Source: Gammaproteobacteria bacterium (GTDB taxonomy: Bacteria > Pseudomonadota > Gammaproteobacteria > JBCCGL01). Taken from it: a stretch of DNA of 64,000 bases. Shown here piece after piece: positions 60,150-64,000 of the stretch. Location: assembly GCA_965277715.1 (NCBI GenBank), contig OZ255836.1:3872001-3936000 (forward strand), in the 5' to 3' direction. The translations under genes and the position numbers were made by a program. The notes under the pieces were generated by a model, which saw nothing but the letters and a program-made list of their open reading frames with translations, was not told the origin of the DNA and did not search any database. The first letter of the stretch is position 1. Each line of letters starts with the position of its first letter.

Positions 60150-60381
60150 ATATTGTTTAAATCTACTTTTGTCAAAGTATACAATTTTAATTAATGCATT
60201 AATAAATAGTTGAATTTGACGCCGCAAAAAGCGTGGCTCAAATTAACCAAATCGGTCTTTCCCTCGCTACAAGCGCCTAAACCCGACAGACCCCTGATAT
60301 GTATTAGCTTGCAACTAATTGTTCCAGAACGTTTTTTTCTGGAACAATTATTGGCTAATGCATGAGACATTATGTATTGAC

Positions 60382-61227
60382 TTATGTGCAAGTTAATATA
60401 TGGGATCTAGGTTCCAGTACACGGTCACAATGCACACAAATACGCTCGCCAGTTTCCAGTGTGAGTGCAGTGAGTGAGCCACCCCACACACACCCGGTAT
60501 CCAGTGGGTAAAAACCCGGTAGATCGATTGTGCCCAATGAGGCCCAGTGGCCAAAAATAATTTTTACAGGTTCAGTCAGTTGGTTGGGGTGTTTAAACCA
60601 GGCGCTAAGCTCTGCGGGCTGGCTGCCCGGTGGCCCGCTGTGCTGTAGGTCGAGCTGGCCATCAGCACGGCAATAACGCATACGGGTAAAGCTATTGACA
60701 ATAAACCGCAGCCGGTCATAACCACTTAACGTTTGTGACCAACGGTCGGGTTGATTGCCATACATCGCTGCAAAGAAATCGTGATAGTGTTCCCCGCGTA
60801 AAACCTGCTGCACTTCTGCAGCATAGCCCAGTGCCGCCTGCAATGACCAGCCAGGGTAGATGCCCGCGTGTGCCATGGCATAACCGAGGGTGGTGTCGTG
60901 GTGTAGTAGTACCTGGTGGCGTAGCCAATGCAACAATTCATCTCGTTGGCTGGACATGAGTATGTCATTAAAGGTGTCCCGTTTATGGGGTTTACGTGTG
61001 CCTACTGCCGCTGCCAATAGGTGTAGATCGTGATTGCCGAGCACACATACCGCACCACTGCCCAGCGAGTGAATAAATTGCAGTGTTTGCAGGGATTGGG
61101 GGCCACGGTTGATTAAGTCACCCGCGAACCAGAGTGTGTCATCGCTTGTCGAGTAGTCGAGCTTTTCCAGTAAACGCATGAGCGCATCGTAACAACCCTG
61201 TACGTCGCCAATTGCATAGGTGCTCAT
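60382..61227 (-). CDS. apaH: Diadenosine tetraphosphatase
   Basis: GDVQGC, GDLINRG, GNHD and DTGCVWG motifs. Confidence 0.95.
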   Translation of the reverse strand: MSTYAIGDVQGCYDALMRLLEKLDYSTSDDTLWFAGDLINRGPQSLQTLQFIHSLGSGAVCVLGNHDLHLLAAAVGTRKPHKRDTFNDILMSSQRDELLHWLRHQVLLHHDTTLGYAMAHAGIYPGWSLQAALGYAAEVQQVLRGEHYHDFFAAMYGNQPDRWSQTLSGYDRLRFIVNSFTRMRYCRADGQLDLQHSGPPGSQPAELSAWFKHPNQLTEPVKIIFGHWASLGTIDLPGFYPLDTGCVWGGSLTALTLETGERICVHCDRVLEPRSHILTCT

Positions 61228-61241
61228 TTAGGCGGTTAGCA

Positions 61242-61625
61242 TTAATGCAAAGTACGGGGTGCACTCAACAGAAACTCCGGGATTTTGGCATCGAAGTGTT
61301 TGCCTTCATCAGACACCATTTGGTAGTTACCGCCCATGGTGCCCATCGATGTTTCCAGCATGGTCCCACTGGTGTATTGAAACCCTTCGCCAGGTTTGAG
61401 GTAGGGCTTTTCACCGACTACACCCTCGCCCTGCACTTCCTGTACCCGGCCATTGGCGTCGGTGATAACCCAGTGGCGGGCCATCAGTTGCGCGGGCACT
61501 TGGCCTTTGTTGCGAATGGTCACTGTATAGGCAAAGACGTAGCGGTCTTCATCGGGGGAGGATTCGGATTCGATGTAAACAGTGTTGACTTCCACATCGA
61601 TATTTTCACGCATTTCTTCTGACAT
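61242..61625 (-). CDS. apaG: ApaG protein
   Basis: YVFAYTVTI, GEGVVGE and YTSG motifs. Confidence 0.95.
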   Translation of the reverse strand: MSEEMRENIDVEVNTVYIESESSPDEDRYVFAYTVTIRNKGQVPAQLMARHWVITDANGRVQEVQGEGVVGEKPYLKPGEGFQYTSGTMLETSMGTMGGNYQMVSDEGKHFDAKIPEFLLSAPRTLH

Positions 61626-61727
61626 AAATTGAGATACCGGAGACACTAATAATGGGTTTGAACGAATAATTTGCTCGTGACAAAAGTATAACACGGGTAA
61701 AGAGGGTGTCTTAAAGCGAGCGCATAA

Positions 61728-62549
61728 TTATGCTGATGCGCTCAACTGGCGTGATAGTGCCGCAAACTGCGCCAACAGTAATGTCTCTGCCCGCACTCCC
61801 GGTTCAATCCCGCAGGCTTCAATTTGTGCAGATGAAAGAATGGGTTTCAGGTTGTTGCGCAAGGTCTTGCGGCGTTGCGCAAATGCGTGGCGCAGCAGTG
61901 TTTCAAATGCCTTTATATCACCTATATCCACAGGGGGGTGTGAGTGTGGCTGCAAACGCACTACGGCAGAATCCACTTTGGGCGGTGGGTCAAATGCAGC
62001 CGCTGGCACCTGCAGTAAGGGCTCGACCTGACAATGGTACTGACAGATTACCGACAAGCGCCCATAGTCTTTACTGTTGGGCTGTGCGGCGAGGCGCAAC
62101 ACCACTTCCCGCTGTAGCATAAAGTGCATATCACGTATGCGATGGCGAAATGCCAACAGGTGAAACAGCAGCGGCGTGGAAATATTATAGGGTAGGTTTC
62201 CAATTACCCGCAGTGCCTGGTTATTGTCGATTGCGGCAAAGTCAAACTGTAGGGCATCTGCCTGGTGAACAGTGAGTTTACCCGCTGCGCCTGTCAATGC
62301 GGTGAGCCGTGGGATGATGTCACGGTCGAGTTCGATTACATGTAAATGGTTGAGTTGTTTTAGTAGCGGTATTGTGAGTGCACCAAGGCCTGGGCCTATC
62401 TCGACAAAGCAGTCGTCGGCCTGGGGGTTTGCAGCGGCAATAATCTGTGCAATCACCGAACCATCGTGCAGGAAGTGCTGGCCAAAGCGTTTGCGTGGTT
62501 GGTGCTTACGTGGGTTTGCTGTTGCACACAGTGGCGCGGTTTTCATCAA
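61728..62549 (-). CDS. rsmA: 16S rRNA dimethyladenosine transferase
   Basis: [15 protein letters not shown] and GNLPYNIS motifs. Confidence 0.96.
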   Translation of the reverse strand: MMKTAPLCATANPRKHQPRKRFGQHFLHDGSVIAQIIAAANPQADDCFVEIGPGLGALTIPLLKQLNHLHVIELDRDIIPRLTALTGAAGKLTVHQADALQFDFAAIDNNQALRVIGNLPYNISTPLLFHLLAFRHRIRDMHFMLQREVVLRLAAQPNSKDYGRLSVICQYHCQVEPLLQVPAAAFDPPPKVDSAVVRLQPHSHPPVDIGDIKAFETLLRHAFAQRRKTLRNNLKPILSSAQIEACGIEPGVRAETLLLAQFAALSRQLSASA

Positions 62550-63520
62550 TGTGGCTGGCAGATAGATAGGGCCATATCCACGGCGGCTTGTAAGCTGCCG
62601 CAGTCGGCACGCCCGCTACCGGCAAGATCCAGCGCGGTGCCGTGGTCTACCGAGGTGCGCACAATCGGCAATCCAAGCGTGATATTCACTGCACGGCCAA
62701 AACCGGCGTATTTGAGTACCGGCAAACCCTGGTCGTGGTACATCGCCAGTACGGCATCGGCATTATCCAGGTACTTGGGGGTAAACAGTGTGTCTGCGGG
62801 CAGTGGTCCACTCAGCGTTAAACCACGCGTGCGCAGTGAGGCCAGGGTGGGTTCGATGGTGGTGATTTCCTCATCGCCAAGGTAGCCCCCTTCTCCGGCG
62901 TGTGGGTTTAACCCGCATACCAGTATATGCGGTTGCGCGATACTAAAGCGGTGTTGCAGATCGTGGTGCAAGGTGAGTAAAACAGTTTCCAGGCACTCAC
63001 GGTTGATGGCGGCGGCGACGTGCTTGAGAGGTAAATGTGTGGTGGCCAAGGCCACGCGAAAATTATCACTGGCCAGCATCATCACGGGATAACCACCGGT
63101 TATTTCAGCGAGGTATTCTGTGTGGCCACTAAACGCCAATCCACTTTGGTTAATAACGGCTTTATTAACCGGGCCGGTAACCAGCGCGGCAAACTCACCG
63201 TTAAGGCAGCCATTAGCTGCACGCTCAATGGTGTCGATAACGTAGCGGGCATTGCGTTTTTCAGTGATACCTGGTTGTACGGGGTGCTGCGTTGAAACAG
63301 GTAATACCCAGGCTGTTCCCGCTGCACTGGCCTGTTGGGGAATGCTGTCACATAGCTGCACGGAGAACGGCATATCGAGCTGTTGCGCCCGGGCAGACAA
63401 CACATCTGGATCGGCAATATACACCAGCGGTACGGGTTGTTTGCGTTGTGCCAGCATAACCACCAGATCAGGGCCAATGCCCGCAGGTTCGCCTGGCGTG
63501 ATGGCGATGGCGTTGCTCAT
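62546..63520 (-). CDS. pdxA: 4-hydroxythreonine-4-phosphate dehydrogenase
   Basis: [22 protein letters not shown] and RTSVDHGTA motifs. Confidence 0.96.
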   Translation of the reverse strand: MSNAIAITPGEPAGIGPDLVVMLAQRKQPVPLVYIADPDVLSARAQQLDMPFSVQLCDSIPQQASAAGTAWVLPVSTQHPVQPGITEKRNARYVIDTIERAANGCLNGEFAALVTGPVNKAVINQSGLAFSGHTEYLAEITGGYPVMMLASDNFRVALATTHLPLKHVAAAINRECLETVLLTLHHDLQHRFSIAQPHILVCGLNPHAGEGGYLGDEEITTIEPTLASLRTRGLTLSGPLPADTLFTPKYLDNADAVLAMYHDQGLPVLKYAGFGRAVNITLGLPIVRTSVDHGTALDLAGSGRADCGSLQAAVDMALSICQPH

Positions 63521-63552
63521 CGTCTGAAGAATCTGGTTTTCAGGTAATGACC

Positions 63553-64000
63553 TTACTGCACGGTGTTGTTGGTGGGGGCGAGTTCCGCCACGCGGTATTC
63601 AATATAGGCTTCAGCGCGCAGGCGCCGACGCCATAGTTGTTCCTCTTCGCCCGCTTTGCGGATACGCACGGCCTCGCGGGCCTGTGCGGTGAGCAATGTG
63701 TCGGTTTGGTCCTGTTCGCGCCGTTCGACCAGCTCGACGATATGCCAGCCGAAGGGGGTGCGAAAGGGCTCGCTGAGCTGGCCTGGCTGGAGGTTTTCCA
63801 GGGCTTCATCAAAGGCGCGTGGCATATCCCCAGGATTTAACCAGGCGAGTTCACCACCTGCCGATGCACTGCTGCTGTCCTCTGAGTGGGCAAGTGCCAG
63901 GTCGGCAAAGTCGTCACCCAGGAGCGCCCGTTCGCGCAGTTGGGTAATTTGGTCACGCGTTGCGTTGTTGTCGCGAATAGCATTGATTTTCAATAAAATA
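63553..64000 (-). CDS. surA: SurA peptidyl-prolyl isomerase, C-terminal part
   Basis: Parvulin motifs FADLA..SED..GGEL and FGWHI; located upstream of pdxA. Confidence 0.9.
   Translation of the reverse strand, partial: ILLKINAIRDNNATRDQITQLRERALLGDDFADLALAHSEDSSSASAGGELAWLNPGDMPRAFDEALENLQPGQLSEPFRTPFGWHIVELVERREQDQTDTLLTAQAREAVRIRKAGEEEQLWRRRLRAEAYIEYRVAELAPTNNTVQ

Noticed and set aside
1-64000. tRNA or rRNA genes
   Set aside because: None was recognisable by eye; tRNAscan-SE and Rfam were not run.

Overview
Chromosomal window from a probable marine Gammaproteobacterium. Housekeeping genes (rplU-rpmA, surA-pdxA-rsmA-apaG-apaH) and C1, betaine and sulfonate catabolism genes (GcvT-family, metF, betaine-type ABC, BCCT with tgn-like genes, ald-xsc-pta, tauD) are interrupted by accessory DNA. 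(1) An AT-rich island at ~0.9-5.1 kb holds a YrdC/Sua5-like gene, a PatA-type cyanobactin protease and a 64-aa candidate precursor with a cyanobactin-like leader, a GANAS cleavage motif and a follower-less Gly-zipper core. This is a candidate minimal RiPP system. (2) A decaying chromosomal integron at ~30.7-41.2 kb has a frameshifted intI remnant, a duplicated attI region and about 12 intact or broken cassettes. One cassette encodes a GFP-fold protein that keeps G67, R96 and E222 but has Val at the Tyr66 position. The array is invaded by a Y1/HUH transposase element with GGACAGGCA ends, an ISL3 remnant and an IS66. (3) A KAP NTPase-NACHT pair follows the IS66. Several MITEs and repeat families, some pseudogenes and a Wzz with matched 29-aa repeat expansions are also present. 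All homology calls are by eye from recalled motifs; no searches were run.
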